In this document: positions 11,359-21,926 of the stretch, one piece after another
Layout: each line of letters starts with the position of its first letter
How positions within the stretch are numbered: the first letter of the stretch is position 1
From: an uncultured Methanosarcinaceae archaeon
Lineage (GTDB): Archaea > Halobacteriota > Methanosarcinia > Methanosarcinales > Methanosarcinaceae
DNA length: 64,000 nucleotides
Assembly (NCBI GenBank): GCA_963727895.1
Contig: CAVSHT010000009.1
Location: 128,001 to 192,000, forward strand
Reading direction: 5' to 3'
Program-made: the position numbers and the translations under genes
Notes under the pieces: model-generated
Databases searched by the model: none
The model's input: the letters and a program-made list of their open reading frames with translations, nothing else
What the model was told of the DNA's origin: nothing

Positions 11359-12728
11359 GCTTTGAATTCCTAGACGTTTTTCTGATCCTTATTTCAGGCG
11401 TTCTCCTCGAATCATGGAAAATCTTTGTAGAGGCAGCTCCTTATCTTATTTTCGGCCTGGGAATTGCAGGCATTCTCAATATTCTGGTTCCTGACCAGAA
11501 AATAGTGGATTACCTTGGAGCATCGGCAGGAAAAGTTCGTTCTGTTGTCAATGCATCCCTGGCAGGCCTGCCCCTTGCCACTATGCTCCTGTGGAGTAAT
11601 TCCTGCAGCTATGTCGATAAGAAAAAGGGGAGCAAACCGAGGTGCAACCCTTATCCTTCCTTATTTCGACTCCTGAGACAGGAGTAGACTCAATAGCAGT
11701 GACTTATGCTCTTCTGGACCCTCTTATGGCAGTTTTCCGTCCACTTGCTGCCCTGACGACTGCTATTCTTGCTGGACTTGCAGACAATTTTTTGATAGGA
11801 GAAGACCGAGGAAACGAAGAAAGCAGCAAAAAACAGGAAAATTCTGAGTAAAAAAGCAGGAGTGTTTGCAGCCTCAACTTTGATTGGATCTTCTGTTCAG
11901 GAAGACTCATGCAGTTCTCCTTTCTGTAGTTGCAATAATCTAGTAGATTCAAATAATAGAAAAATCGAATCTGTTGGCACTATGGTTAAAGCTATAGAAT
12001 TAAACCTTCAGGAGTAAAACCTCTTGAAATCAATAATAAACTTGAAGGTGTCCGAAAACTTACCCTAGTGAATCAAAACTTCCAGAAAGATACTACTTCA
12101 TGCGGCTGCAGAAGCTGTGGGTGCGGAGAAACAGAATCCGGAAAAGATGGGAAAACATAAGGATTCTGGAACAACCAGATTGATTAAAGGGATAAAATAT
12201 GCTTATATCGAGTTACTGGCAGAGATTTCTAAATGGATGCTTGTTGGAATCTTGTTTGCAGGAATTATTTCCTACGCAGTCCCCGAAAGCTTGATCCAGA
12301 ATTATCTGGGCGGTGGGTTCAGGTCAATGCTGGTTATGCTTTTAGTTGGAATTCCTCTTTATATCTGCGCTACAGCCTCTACTCCTCTTGCCGCAAGTCT
12401 TGTAGCCAAGGGAATGAGTCCAGGCACAGCTTTTGTTTTCCTCCTTGCAGGCCCGGCAACCAATGCAGCAACTATAACAATGGTTGCTCGTTTTCTTGGA
12501 AAACGTTCGGCAACCCTGTATCTTGCAACGATTTCCATATGTGCTATTGGGGCAGGATTCTTGCTGGACTGGTTATATCTGAAGCTAGGGATTAGTGCAG
12601 TAGCAACTGTGGGAACTGCAAAAGAATTGCTTCCTGAAGATCTGAAGCTGGGACTTGCACTTGTCCTCCTTCCTTTTATGTTATATGGTATTTTTCGCAG
12701 CGAAAAAGAGTGTGGTTGTTCTAACTGA
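11355..12728 (+). pseudogene. DUF318/SO_0444-like heavy-metal permease, frameshifted
   Basis: FLISTPETGVDS, PLYICATASTP, FLLAGPATN motifs spread over several frames with a Cys-rich linker. Confidence 0.85.
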
Positions 12729-12897
12729 AGCTTTCAGCTTTTAAGCCTATTTACTATTTAGTACATTACAGATACAGAAAAAGGACGGCATAGATTTAAA
12801 AAACAAAAGTGATACAAATATTAGAAAAATAGTATCATGCAAGAAAAAACTAAAAACAATTTGTTAAAACTATAATCAAAATAGTTATAGAATTAAG

Positions 12898-12972
12898 CGG
12901 GCTCGAAGGGATTTGAACCCCCGACGTCTGGGTTAGAAGCCCAGCGCTATATCCTGGCTAAGCCACGAGCCC
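12898..12972 (-). tRNA. tRNA-Arg(TCT)
   Basis: Cloverleaf GGGCTCGTGGCTTAGCCAGG...CTGGG-CTTCTAA-CCCAG...GGTTCAAATCCCTTCGAGCCCG. Confidence 0.97.
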
Positions 12973-13325
12973 TGTTTGCTTTTCTTAGTGCGAAGTACGA
13001 AATGAGCGTTCTTACATAAAAGCTTTTTGTTTGAATTTCATAATAGGGACTGAAAAAGTATTAAAATATTTACATAGAATCGGAATTGTAATATATATTT
13101 AGTATATACTCACTTATTTGGCATTTTACTTAAGAATTTGCCAGTATGGAAACTTCCCTGAGGCTTTGAATTTTTAAAACCCCGCGCAAAGCTTACATAC
13201 TGTCAATGAATGAAAAAAAAGTAAATGATCTATCAGGTTTGCATATTAAAACCGTGTTTAATTGAAATTTTCAAGGAAACAGGCAAACCATATTAACTAG
13301 TAAGATTGCAGAGGATTGTTCGCAA

Positions 13326-14204
13326 ATGAGTGAGTTACTGATTTACTTGGATGGGAAGTTTGTTCCCAAATCCGAAGCCAAAGTTTCGGTCTATGACCAT
13401 GGTTTCCTCTATGGCGACGGCGTTTTTGAGGGAATAAGAGCATACAATGGACGTGTCTTTAAGTTAAAGGAACATGTCGATAGGCTTTACGATTCAGCAA
13501 AAGCGATTGCAATGGATATCCCTCTTACAAGAGAAGAGATGAGCGAGGCAATTCTTGAGACCCTCAGAAAAAATAACCTCAAAGATGCATATATCCGTCC
13601 TATTGTTTCAAGGGGAGCTGGAGATCTTGGGCTTGACCCTCGCAGTTGTGAAAAGCCCTGCATGGTTGTCATAGCACAGGGTTGGGGAGCCATGTACGGT
13701 GACCTGTATGAAGTTGGGCTCAAAGCCGTCAGTGTCTGTGTCCGGAGAAATGCACCTGATGCCATATCCCCTAATATCAAGTCCCTGAACTACCTGAACA
13801 ATATCCTGGCAAAGATCGAAGCCAACGAAAAAGGAGGAGATGAAGCTATCTTCCTGGATCATAATGGTTTTGTCTGTGAGGGTTCTGGAGATAATATCTT
13901 CATAGTCAAAAATAACAAGGTTTTTACTCCCTTTACGATCAACAACTTAAAAGGGATTACCAGAGCTACAGCCATCGAACTTCTGGATGAGATGGAATAC
14001 AAAGTTATCGAAACAAATCTTGGTCTATTTGACCTTTACACAGCCGATGAAGTTTTTGTCACAGGTACGGCAGCTGAATCTGCCCCAATCACCAAACTTG
14101 ACGGAAGGATCATAGGCACTGGAAAGCCCGGACCCATGACAATGAAGATGGTTGAAGCCTTTGACAAAATAACCCAGAGTACAGGCACACCCATTTATAA
14201 ATGA
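13326..14204 (+). CDS. ilvE: Branched-chain amino acid aminotransferase
   Basis: [31 protein letters not shown] class IV motifs. Confidence 0.95.
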   Translation: MSELLIYLDGKFVPKSEAKVSVYDHGFLYGDGVFEGIRAYNGRVFKLKEHVDRLYDSAKAIAMDIPLTREEMSEAILETLRKNNLKDAYIRPIVSRGAGDLGLDPRSCEKPCMVVIAQGWGAMYGDLYEVGLKAVSVCVRRNAPDAISPNIKSLNYLNNILAKIEANEKGGDEAIFLDHNGFVCEGSGDNIFIVKNNKVFTPFTINNLKGITRATAIELLDEMEYKVIETNLGLFDLYTADEVFVTGTAAESAPITKLDGRIIGTGKPGPMTMKMVEAFDKITQSTGTPIYK

Positions 14205-14588
14205 AAGGACAGCCTTGAAAAATGAAAAAACAAAAAAGGCAATAATCAAGCGGGAATTTTCCCGCCATTATTCTTTTTTAGTCGGTGTTCTAAGAAAATA
14301 ATTTCTTTTAATGTATTTATTAAATTTCTTTGTGAACACCTTTTAGAGCCTTGTTTTAAATATATTCTTTAATTTTTATTTGAGTCTCTGTTAACAAATT
14401 TATTTCATGCAGTCTAAGGAATTATATTCCCAGGCTTGTCTTTATATAATGGTTCCTCGAGAAAAGAGGCTGCTTTACTAGTTTCTGTCAGCCTAACTCT
14501 TTAAGGAAAAAATAAGTATAAAAACAGGTCAGGTAATGCTACTAAACTAAAAAACCATCTGAAAGTGGTAGGTAAGGATTTGATTTTT

Positions 14589-16517
14589 ATGAAACGTAAA
14601 GAGTTTCGGAAACTTATTTCCGCAGATAAAGCACGGGAAATAATAAATAGTTTGGAGGTTCTTCCCCGGCAGGAGGACTCCTCTCTTGAAAACGCATTCG
14701 GTAAAATCCTTGCAGAAGATATAATTACCGAAATTAATGTACCTCCTTTCCCAAGAGCAGTAATGGATGGTTATGCAGTTAGGGCAGAATACACATATGC
14801 CTGCAGTGAAACTAAACCTGTAAAACTCAAGATTTTGGGAAACATCCAGGCAGGTTCGGATGAAAAATTCACGGTTTCAGCCGGAGAAGCTGTGGAAATA
14901 GCTACAGGAGCACCGATTCCAGAAGGAACAAACGCTGTGGTCATGGTTGAATACACTTCTGAAGAAGATGGAACAGTGTTGATACACAGCCCTGTAGCTT
15001 TGGGAGAAAACATTATGAAAGCTGGCTCAGACGTCCGGAAAGGAGAACGAGTACTTAGGAAAGGGCGGAAACTTGGGACCCGAGAAATTGGAGTGCTGGC
15101 ATCTGTCGGAAAAAAGAATATACCTATCCTTAAATTAAAGGTTGGGATCATCTCAACAGGAGACGAGCTTGTGCGCCCCGGAGAGAAACTTACTTTCGGA
15201 AAGATATATGATGCAAACTCCTACACATTGTATGCCGGTCTGCAAGAGTGTGGAGCTTTCCCATTGCTTTATGGAATAGTAGAAGATAAAGAAGTAGTAA
15301 TAAGAAAGGCACTTGAAACTGCAATTTCGGAATGTTCACTGATTCTAACTTCTGGAAGCACGTCCTCCGGGGCAGGGGACGTAATGTACAGGCTCATAGA
15401 TGAAATTGGAGAAACCCTTGCACACGGTGTGAATATAAAACCTGGAAAACCTGTGGTTATTGGAATAATAAAAGCCGTCCCAATAATAGGGCTGCCAGGA
15501 AATCCTACTTCCGCATTAATGATTTTTAATAAATTCATAGTCCCTCTGCTCAAAAAAACTCTTGGAAATAAAGAAGAGTATATGAAAGTGGAAAAAGGAA
15601 TTATGGGCATTAATTTTTTATCAGAAGGACGACAACAGCTTCTACCGGTAGGACTGATCCGTGGGAAAGTCTATCCCGCAGATAAAGGTTCAGGTGCGAT
15701 AACATCCCTTTCCGGGGCAGATGGTTTTATCGATATACCTTCAAACACCGAGTTTCTCGAGGCAGGAACACCCGTAGAAGTAACTCTTTTTGGAGAAATT
15801 GAAAAACCTGACATCCTAATAGCAGGTGGTTTCTGCCCTGAAATTGATCTGCTTGGAGATCTTAGTGGACTTCGTTTCAGGACTATTTACACAAGTTCAA
15901 GCGGAGGATTCAGTGCAATTGCCTCAAATACGGCTGACATTGCAGGCGTAAACATGCCATCACAAGACTCTAGGGAACAGGCAGAAATAATGTATAATAC
16001 CCCTACAATAGAGAATATGGAACTTTCAGGCGTTGTTCTTGTCAAAGGGTACAAACGAGAAGTAGGCTTTACTTTTAGGCAGAACAGTCCTATTTCCGGA
16101 CTCTCTGACCTTCCAGGAAAACAGCTCATTAACCGAAATAGAGGATCAGGTATAAGAGCTATTTTGGATCTTAAAATTGCGGATTTTGCGGCTCATAAGG
16201 GAATTAGTAAAAAAGAATTTACGGATTCAATTCCTGGATACTCATCCGGTGTAAAATCTGAGAGAGCTATCTGTGAGGCTGTTGTTTCAGGAAAGGCTGA
16301 TATCGGTGTGGGAATAAGAAATTGTACCGAAAAGAATGGTCTCCAATTTATAGAATTTACAGAAGAAGAGTATGATTTCCTTATAAAGAAGGAAATACTG
16401 GATACCCCTGAGGTTCATAAGTTTCTGGAAGTACTTAATTCCAGAGAATTTGCTTCAAAGCTTCCGAAAGGGATGCATGTTTATGAGAGAACAGGAGAAA
16501 TAATTTATTTTGAATAA
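14589..16517 (+). CDS. moeA: Molybdopterin biosynthesis MoeA fused to a periplasmic-binding-protein-like domain
   Basis: MDGYAV, IATGA, STGDEL, KPGKP, GLPGNP; C-terminal INRNRGSG. Confidence 0.9.
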   Translation: MKRKEFRKLISADKAREIINSLEVLPRQEDSSLENAFGKILAEDIITEINVPPFPRAVMDGYAVRAEYTYACSETKPVKLKILGNIQAGSDEKFTVSAGEAVEIATGAPIPEGTNAVVMVEYTSEEDGTVLIHSPVALGENIMKAGSDVRKGERVLRKGRKLGTREIGVLASVGKKNIPILKLKVGIISTGDELVRPGEKLTFGKIYDANSYTLYAGLQECGAFPLLYGIVEDKEVVIRKALETAISECSLILTSGSTSSGAGDVMYRLIDEIGETLAHGVNIKPGKPVVIGIIKAVPIIGLPGNPTSALMIFNKFIVPLLKKTLGNKEEYMKVEKGIMGINFLSEGRQQLLPVGLIRGKVYPADKGSGAITSLSGADGFIDIPSNTEFLEAGTPVEVTLFGEIEKPDILIAGGFCPEIDLLGDLSGLRFRTIYTSSSGGFSAIASNTADIAGVNMPSQDSREQAEIMYNTPTIENMELSGVVLVKGYKREVGFTFRQNSPISGLSDLPGKQLINRNRGSGIRAILDLKIADFAAHKGISKKEFTDSIPGYSSGVKSERAICEAVVSGKADIGVGIRNCTEKNGLQFIEFTEEEYDFLIKKEILDTPEVHKFLEVLNSREFASKLPKGMHVYERTGEIIYFE

Positions 16518-16878
16518 AAAACAGTTCTTTTGAATCAGAGAGACAACTTCTTTGATTAAAGAAATAGTTTCTTTGAAAAAAGATTCCCTTTGAATAAAGT
16601 TATGGTTAAGAAATTTTCACCTGGGACTTCATTCAATAAACTTTAAATATTATTATACTTATTAAGAAATATAAATAATTATGAGTCACATCATTATAAG
16701 GATCAGTAAATGAAACCATTCCATAGTTATATATATTGTATTAACTATTCAAGAATAAAATATCCATATACGGATCTTTTTTGGATCAAAAAGGTTTGTA
16801 AAGAGACTGTTTGGATGCAGTTTCTTTTTCAGGTAATATGAAAATCATTTCTTCAGTTCCGAAGTTGGCAGGTTCCAG

Positions 16879-17973
16879 ATGAGCAGTATACAGGAGCAAA
16901 TACAAGAAATCGAAGACGAAATTCGAAAGACCCAGTACAATAAAGCAACTTCCCATCATATAGGCAGGCTAAAAGCCAAAATCGCCCGCTTGCGAGATGA
17001 AGTGGAGAAAAAAGCCTCGGCAAGAGGAGGGGGAGAAGGGTACTCGGTCCGAAAATCAGGAGATGGAACTGTAACTCTTGTAGGTTTTCCATCAGTAGGG
17101 AAATCTACGCTTCTGAACAAAATAACGGGTGCCAAGTCAGCAGTGGGAGCATATGAGTTTACTACCCTTACAGTTGTTCCAGGAGTTCTTGAACACAAAG
17201 GAGCAACAATTCAGTTTCTGGATGTCCCAGGACTTGTAAAAGGAGCTTCTTCAGGACGTGGACGTGGAAGGGAAGTTATATCGGTTATCAGAAACTCAGA
17301 TATGGTTATATTTTTACTTGATGTCTTCCAACCTAAACACTACGAAGTACTTATGGACGAGCTTTCTCAGGCGGGAATTCGAATAGACCAGGAACCTCCT
17401 GATGTAGTAATCAAGAAAAAAGATCGGGGTGGAATAGAGATTAACTCAACCATTGACCTTGATCTGGAAGATGAAACTATCAAAGCTGTACTGGATGAGT
17501 ACAAGATCCACAATGCAAGTGTACTTATAAGAGAAAACATAACGGTTGACCAACTTATTGACGTTGTCCTGGAAAACCGTAGTTATGTCAGGTCTCTTAT
17601 AGCTGTTAATAAGGTTGACCTAGCCTATCCCCAGTTGATTGAAGAATGCAGAGAAATATACCCTAACTCGATCTTTATTTCAGCCCATAAAGGCACTAAT
17701 ATCGAGACTCTCAAAGACGCTATTTATGACAGGCTGGGTTTCATTCGAGTCTATTTAAAACCACAAGGCCAGCCCGCAGACATGGAAGAGCCTTTGATAG
17801 TTATGAGTGGAACCAATATAGGCCAGATTTGTGACCGCCTTCACAGGGATTTTCGCAGGAAATTCCGCTATGCTCAGATATGGGGCACATCCGCAAAACA
17901 TCCAGGGCAGAGAGTAGGAATAGACCACAGAATGCAGGACCAGGATATTCTTACAATTATCATTCAGAAGTAA
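16879..17973 (+). CDS. DRG/Rbg-family GTPase with TGS domain
   Basis: KTQYNKATSHH, GFPSVGKS, YEFTT, GRGRG, NKVD. Confidence 0.95.
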   Translation: MSSIQEQIQEIEDEIRKTQYNKATSHHIGRLKAKIARLRDEVEKKASARGGGEGYSVRKSGDGTVTLVGFPSVGKSTLLNKITGAKSAVGAYEFTTLTVVPGVLEHKGATIQFLDVPGLVKGASSGRGRGREVISVIRNSDMVIFLLDVFQPKHYEVLMDELSQAGIRIDQEPPDVVIKKKDRGGIEINSTIDLDLEDETIKAVLDEYKIHNASVLIRENITVDQLIDVVLENRSYVRSLIAVNKVDLAYPQLIEECREIYPNSIFISAHKGTNIETLKDAIYDRLGFIRVYLKPQGQPADMEEPLIVMSGTNIGQICDRLHRDFRRKFRYAQIWGTSAKHPGQRVGIDHRMQDQDILTIIIQK

Positions 17974-18043
17974 TAGAAAAGTGATAGAAAACTAGAGACG
18001 CGAAAAAGAAAAACAAGTACTTTCGCATCTCTCTTTTTTGAAG

Positions 18044-20155
18044 TTATGTAGTTTCAAATGCCTGTATTGTATCTGAATCATTTGAAAAAGTATTTTGTTT
18101 CCGGTTATTTTCAGAATTCATACAGCTATTTGCTTCAATTTCCTCCTCAAATTCAGCAGCACATTCAGCCGGACTTTTTCTGGAAATGATCTCAGGTATT
18201 TTTCTGAAAAGCTCAACTTTTCCATTATTTCCGAGACCATACCTCTCCTTTGCAGCTTCAATAATGGCTGCAAGCATTCCAGAGTAGGAAATATTGGCAT
18301 AAGCTGCCATCTTTGCAAGGTGACCATCCCAACACCATCCAGGATTAGGATTTACTTCTAAAAGCTTGGGTTTGCCTTCGGCATCAAGCCTCCAGTCAAA
18401 GCGAGCATAATCTTTGCATCCCAATCTTGTGAAAAGAGTAAGACAGCATTTTACGATCTCTTTTCTGGTTTTTTCTGAAATCTCGGCAGGCACAGATCTG
18501 ATGTTCCAGTATGGAGAATCTGGAAGCCATTTAGCTTCATATCCGCAGATCTTTGGAAGTTCATCTGGCACTTCAGAATAATCTTCTTCCGTAATAGGCA
18601 GTACAGTACATGAAGGAGGATTTCCAATAATTCCAACACTGATATCTTTTCCTGGAAGGAATTCTTCAAGTAAGAAAGACTTATCAGACCCTATTTTGTC
18701 TCGAGTTGCCGCAAGAATTTCAAGAAGCCCCTCGTGATTGTGGGCAATGCTATTTTGTGTAATCCCAAAACTGGAATCTCCTGAATTTGGCTTTACAAGC
18801 AGAGGAAAAGAGAGAGAAATTTTGGGAAGATCTGATTCTTCAGTTACAAGCATTCCCTTTGCTACAGGAATACGCATCTCTCTGGCAACACCCCTTATTA
18901 TGGATTTATCATAACAGAAGGCAAGGCATTGAGGACCTGCACCTGTATAAGGAATATTAAGCTGCTCAAGTAAAGCAGGCATATGCAGCTCTTTTGTAGG
19001 ATCGTTATAAAATCCTTCATCACAAAGATTGAGTACAAGATCAATTTTTGCTGATTTTTTCTTCAGGTCTTCCAGCAAAGTTTCATGCCTGTCAAGGAAA
19101 GTAAATCTCATGAAGGGGATCTCTTCAAGTGCTTTTTTCATTCTTTCAAGTGTATCGAAATCGTCATCATCAAACACACAGGCAGGTTTGACCTGATCTT
19201 CTTTTCTTGGATCTCCTAGTATAACTATGATATTCATTGACTTTTTATTATCGGCTGACTGAAGAGAAGAAGACCACGGTTTTACAGCAGAAGCGGAGAC
19301 AATTATTCTCTGTTCCATCATGCCTGCGTCCTGAGTGCCTGCGGATACCGGACTAAAAGTAGAATGAAAAGCAGGACTGCTAAAACCTGATGCGGTAAGT
19401 AGCTCAAAAAGGCTTTCTTTATTGTATAATCTTTCAGCGTAAAACTGGTCTGCAATTACTCCCCTGTCTATACGATTTATCACTTCCCTGCAAATTAACC
19501 GCTCTCCATCGGCTGAAAGAGCCCTTTCCCTGCAGACAAAGTACTTCCCGTCCAGCCATTCCCATGATCTGGGCTGAAAACTCTTTTTCATATGGTCTCC
19601 GTCTACGGCATCAATGAAAACTCTACCTTCTGGTTTCAAAACTCTAAATATTTCTTCAAGAATTTTTATGTCCTGGAGAGTAGAATCAAAGTATCCAAAA
19701 CTGTTGCCCATTATAGTAACAATGTCAAAAGTATCAGATGGGTAAGGGAGTTTTCTTGCATCCCCTTCTCTGAACCTGACCTGCAGGTTTTCTTTCTGTG
19801 CTCTGGTTCTGGCTTTCCTTATCAGGTACTGAGACCTATCATACCCTTCTACATTTAAAACCCCCCTCCTTGCAAGTTCAAGTACATGCCTTCCCTGACC
19901 ACAACAAAGGTCAAGGATTTTGTCTTCAGGCGAGACCCCCATAATGGAAACAATAAGATCGACCTCTTTCTTAGTAACCTCCATATCATCCAGAAGATCG
20001 GCATCGGTCTTGAGATAAAGTGAGTTAAAAAGAGTTTGCCACCAATTGGACTGGACATGAGTTTCAAGATCCTCAACAGGTCCAAAGGTTTTGATCTGTA
20101 CAGTACTCTTAGCGCGTTTGCGCCTGGTATTTGTAACTGCATTATTCTGGGTCAT
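18044..20155 (-). CDS. SAM-dependent methyltransferase fused to a Ddl-like ATP-grasp domain
   Basis: ILDLCCGQG; C-terminal NLCDEG, KPNSGDSSFGI, EEFLPG, RFDWR, LEVNPNP. Confidence 0.88.
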   Translation of the reverse strand: MTQNNAVTNTRRKRAKSTVQIKTFGPVEDLETHVQSNWWQTLFNSLYLKTDADLLDDMEVTKKEVDLIVSIMGVSPEDKILDLCCGQGRHVLELARRGVLNVEGYDRSQYLIRKARTRAQKENLQVRFREGDARKLPYPSDTFDIVTIMGNSFGYFDSTLQDIKILEEIFRVLKPEGRVFIDAVDGDHMKKSFQPRSWEWLDGKYFVCRERALSADGERLICREVINRIDRGVIADQFYAERLYNKESLFELLTASGFSSPAFHSTFSPVSAGTQDAGMMEQRIIVSASAVKPWSSSLQSADNKKSMNIIVILGDPRKEDQVKPACVFDDDDFDTLERMKKALEEIPFMRFTFLDRHETLLEDLKKKSAKIDLVLNLCDEGFYNDPTKELHMPALLEQLNIPYTGAGPQCLAFCYDKSIIRGVAREMRIPVAKGMLVTEESDLPKISLSFPLLVKPNSGDSSFGITQNSIAHNHEGLLEILAATRDKIGSDKSFLLEEFLPGKDISVGIIGNPPSCTVLPITEEDYSEVPDELPKICGYEAKWLPDSPYWNIRSVPAEISEKTRKEIVKCCLTLFTRLGCKDYARFDWRLDAEGKPKLLEVNPNPGWCWDGHLAKMAAYANISYSGMLAAIIEAAKERYGLGNNGKVELFRKIPEIISRKSPAECAAEFEEEIEANSCMNSENNRKQNTFSNDSDTIQAFETT

Positions 20156-20347
20156 GATCTGATATCTTCCAGAAAAAAGAGTATGTGGTTTGAATATATC
20201 AAGTTTATTAGACAGTTGAATGTATTTATATTTTATTCATCCGAAAATAAGCAAAATAATTGAGGGTTAAAATTACATTTATATCGAATTTAAAACATCA
20301 TTATTTCTTTAAAAATTCATAATAATATTATTTGTCCCTTTTACAGA

Positions 20348-21619
20348 TTAGAGGAATATATAGTAAATAATCGCATCTAAAATCGTTATTAAGAGTCCAA
20401 TTCTTGAAAATTCGGAAAAAGAAAGAGTTTTTCCTTCTTTTTCTGCATTTTGAATGATTATTACATTGCTTGCAGCTCCGAGGATTAGAAGGTTTCCTGC
20501 AATTGTACTTCCTGCCGCAAGCGCCATTAGTTGCCCTTGAGATACTGTATTGCCCATGACAGGCAGATAAAGTGCAACGAAGGGGACATTAGATATAAAC
20601 TGGCTAAGTCCAATGCTGAGAGCAAGTATCATTGATATAGAGCTTAAATGGGGAGATAACCTAGAAAGCAGTTCCTGACATGTTCCGGAGATCCACACGC
20701 TTTTCATTAGAACGAACATTGAAATGAAAAAAATTAGAGTTGTCCAGTCAATATTTTTTAAAATCTCTACGCGTTTTCTACTGAGCAGGACAGGTAACGC
20801 AGAGATAAGAGCAATCCAGCTCAAATCAAAATCCCAGGCAGGAAAAAATTCTACAAGGAATATTTTACAGGCTATAAGAATTAGTAAAAGTAAAAGAGCA
20901 ATTTTGGAAGTATTGGCAAGTTCTTGATCTGTTATGACTTCTTCTGAATAAATTAGGGTTGATTTTCCAAACTCTTCCCTAAAAAATATTTTTAGCACCA
21001 CATAAGCAATTAAAAGACATATAAGGGTTGGAAGAGCTAATGAACGCAAAAATGTTAAAAATGGAGAATCTAGATTACCATCAATTGCTATGAGAAGGTT
21101 TTGAGGGTTTCCAATAGGGCTCATAACGCTTCCTGTAGTTACCCCGAATGCAAGGGAAAAAAGCATGAGTTTGGCAGATACGTTATACTTTTTTGAAAAT
21201 CCCAGAACAAGTGGAGTGCCCATGATAGCCAGTGTATCATTCATAAGAATGGATGAAAGTATTCCTGTAGAAAAGATCACAAACAAAACAAGTTGATCTA
21301 TATTCTTCGCCCTGGAAACTATCCTGTTCCCAAGACAAGCAAGATAGCCGCTCCTGTTAAGTGCTTCTCCAATGCAAAAAGCCCCAAAAAGGAAGAGAAG
21401 AACATTCGTATTAATTGCGTCAAGAGCTTCTTTAGGCGAAATCACTCTGAGCAATAGTACAAGTATTGCTCCAAAAGTCATAATCTGCCATATTTTGAAT
21501 TTTAAAGATCCAACCTGTCTGAGAGCAGTGAGTACAAAAACACCCAGAAGAATAAGCACTGGAAGATCAGGTAAAGATACAGGAGAAGACAGTATCATCT
21601 CTGTTACCATAGAATCCAC
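20348..21619 (-). CDS. ArsB/NhaD/SLC13-family anion permease
   Basis: SPIGNPQN, SNVP, GNLLILGAASN; multi-TM. Confidence 0.88.
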   Translation of the reverse strand: MDSMVTEMILSSPVSLPDLPVLILLGVFVLTALRQVGSLKFKIWQIMTFGAILVLLLRVISPKEALDAINTNVLLFLFGAFCIGEALNRSGYLACLGNRIVSRAKNIDQLVLFVIFSTGILSSILMNDTLAIMGTPLVLGFSKKYNVSAKLMLFSLAFGVTTGSVMSPIGNPQNLLIAIDGNLDSPFLTFLRSLALPTLICLLIAYVVLKIFFREEFGKSTLIYSEEVITDQELANTSKIALLLLLILIACKIFLVEFFPAWDFDLSWIALISALPVLLSRKRVEILKNIDWTTLIFFISMFVLMKSVWISGTCQELLSRLSPHLSSISMILALSIGLSQFISNVPFVALYLPVMGNTVSQGQLMALAAGSTIAGNLLILGAASNVIIIQNAEKEGKTLSFSEFSRIGLLITILDAIIYYIFL

Positions 21620-21926
21620 TAACTTGAAAATATATATTTGGAATGTGATGCCAATTTAAGTATAAAATTCCTGCGCTCATAGAAAGGTTGTTCACAAAAG
21701 AATCGTTTAGGGAACTTGGAGATCGGAAACCCTGACAGTGTTTATTCTCATTAAAAAAAATAAACTAGTTATATACTAGTGTTAGATTGTTATTTATGGA
21801 ATAAAATCAAATGGTGTGGAAAGTTATGAAATTCGGTTTCAGGAAACCATCTTTAAAAAGATCTATTAAAGCAAGAACTACTGGTAAATTAAAACGCAAA
21901 GTAAAAAAGACCTTAGTACCATTTAG

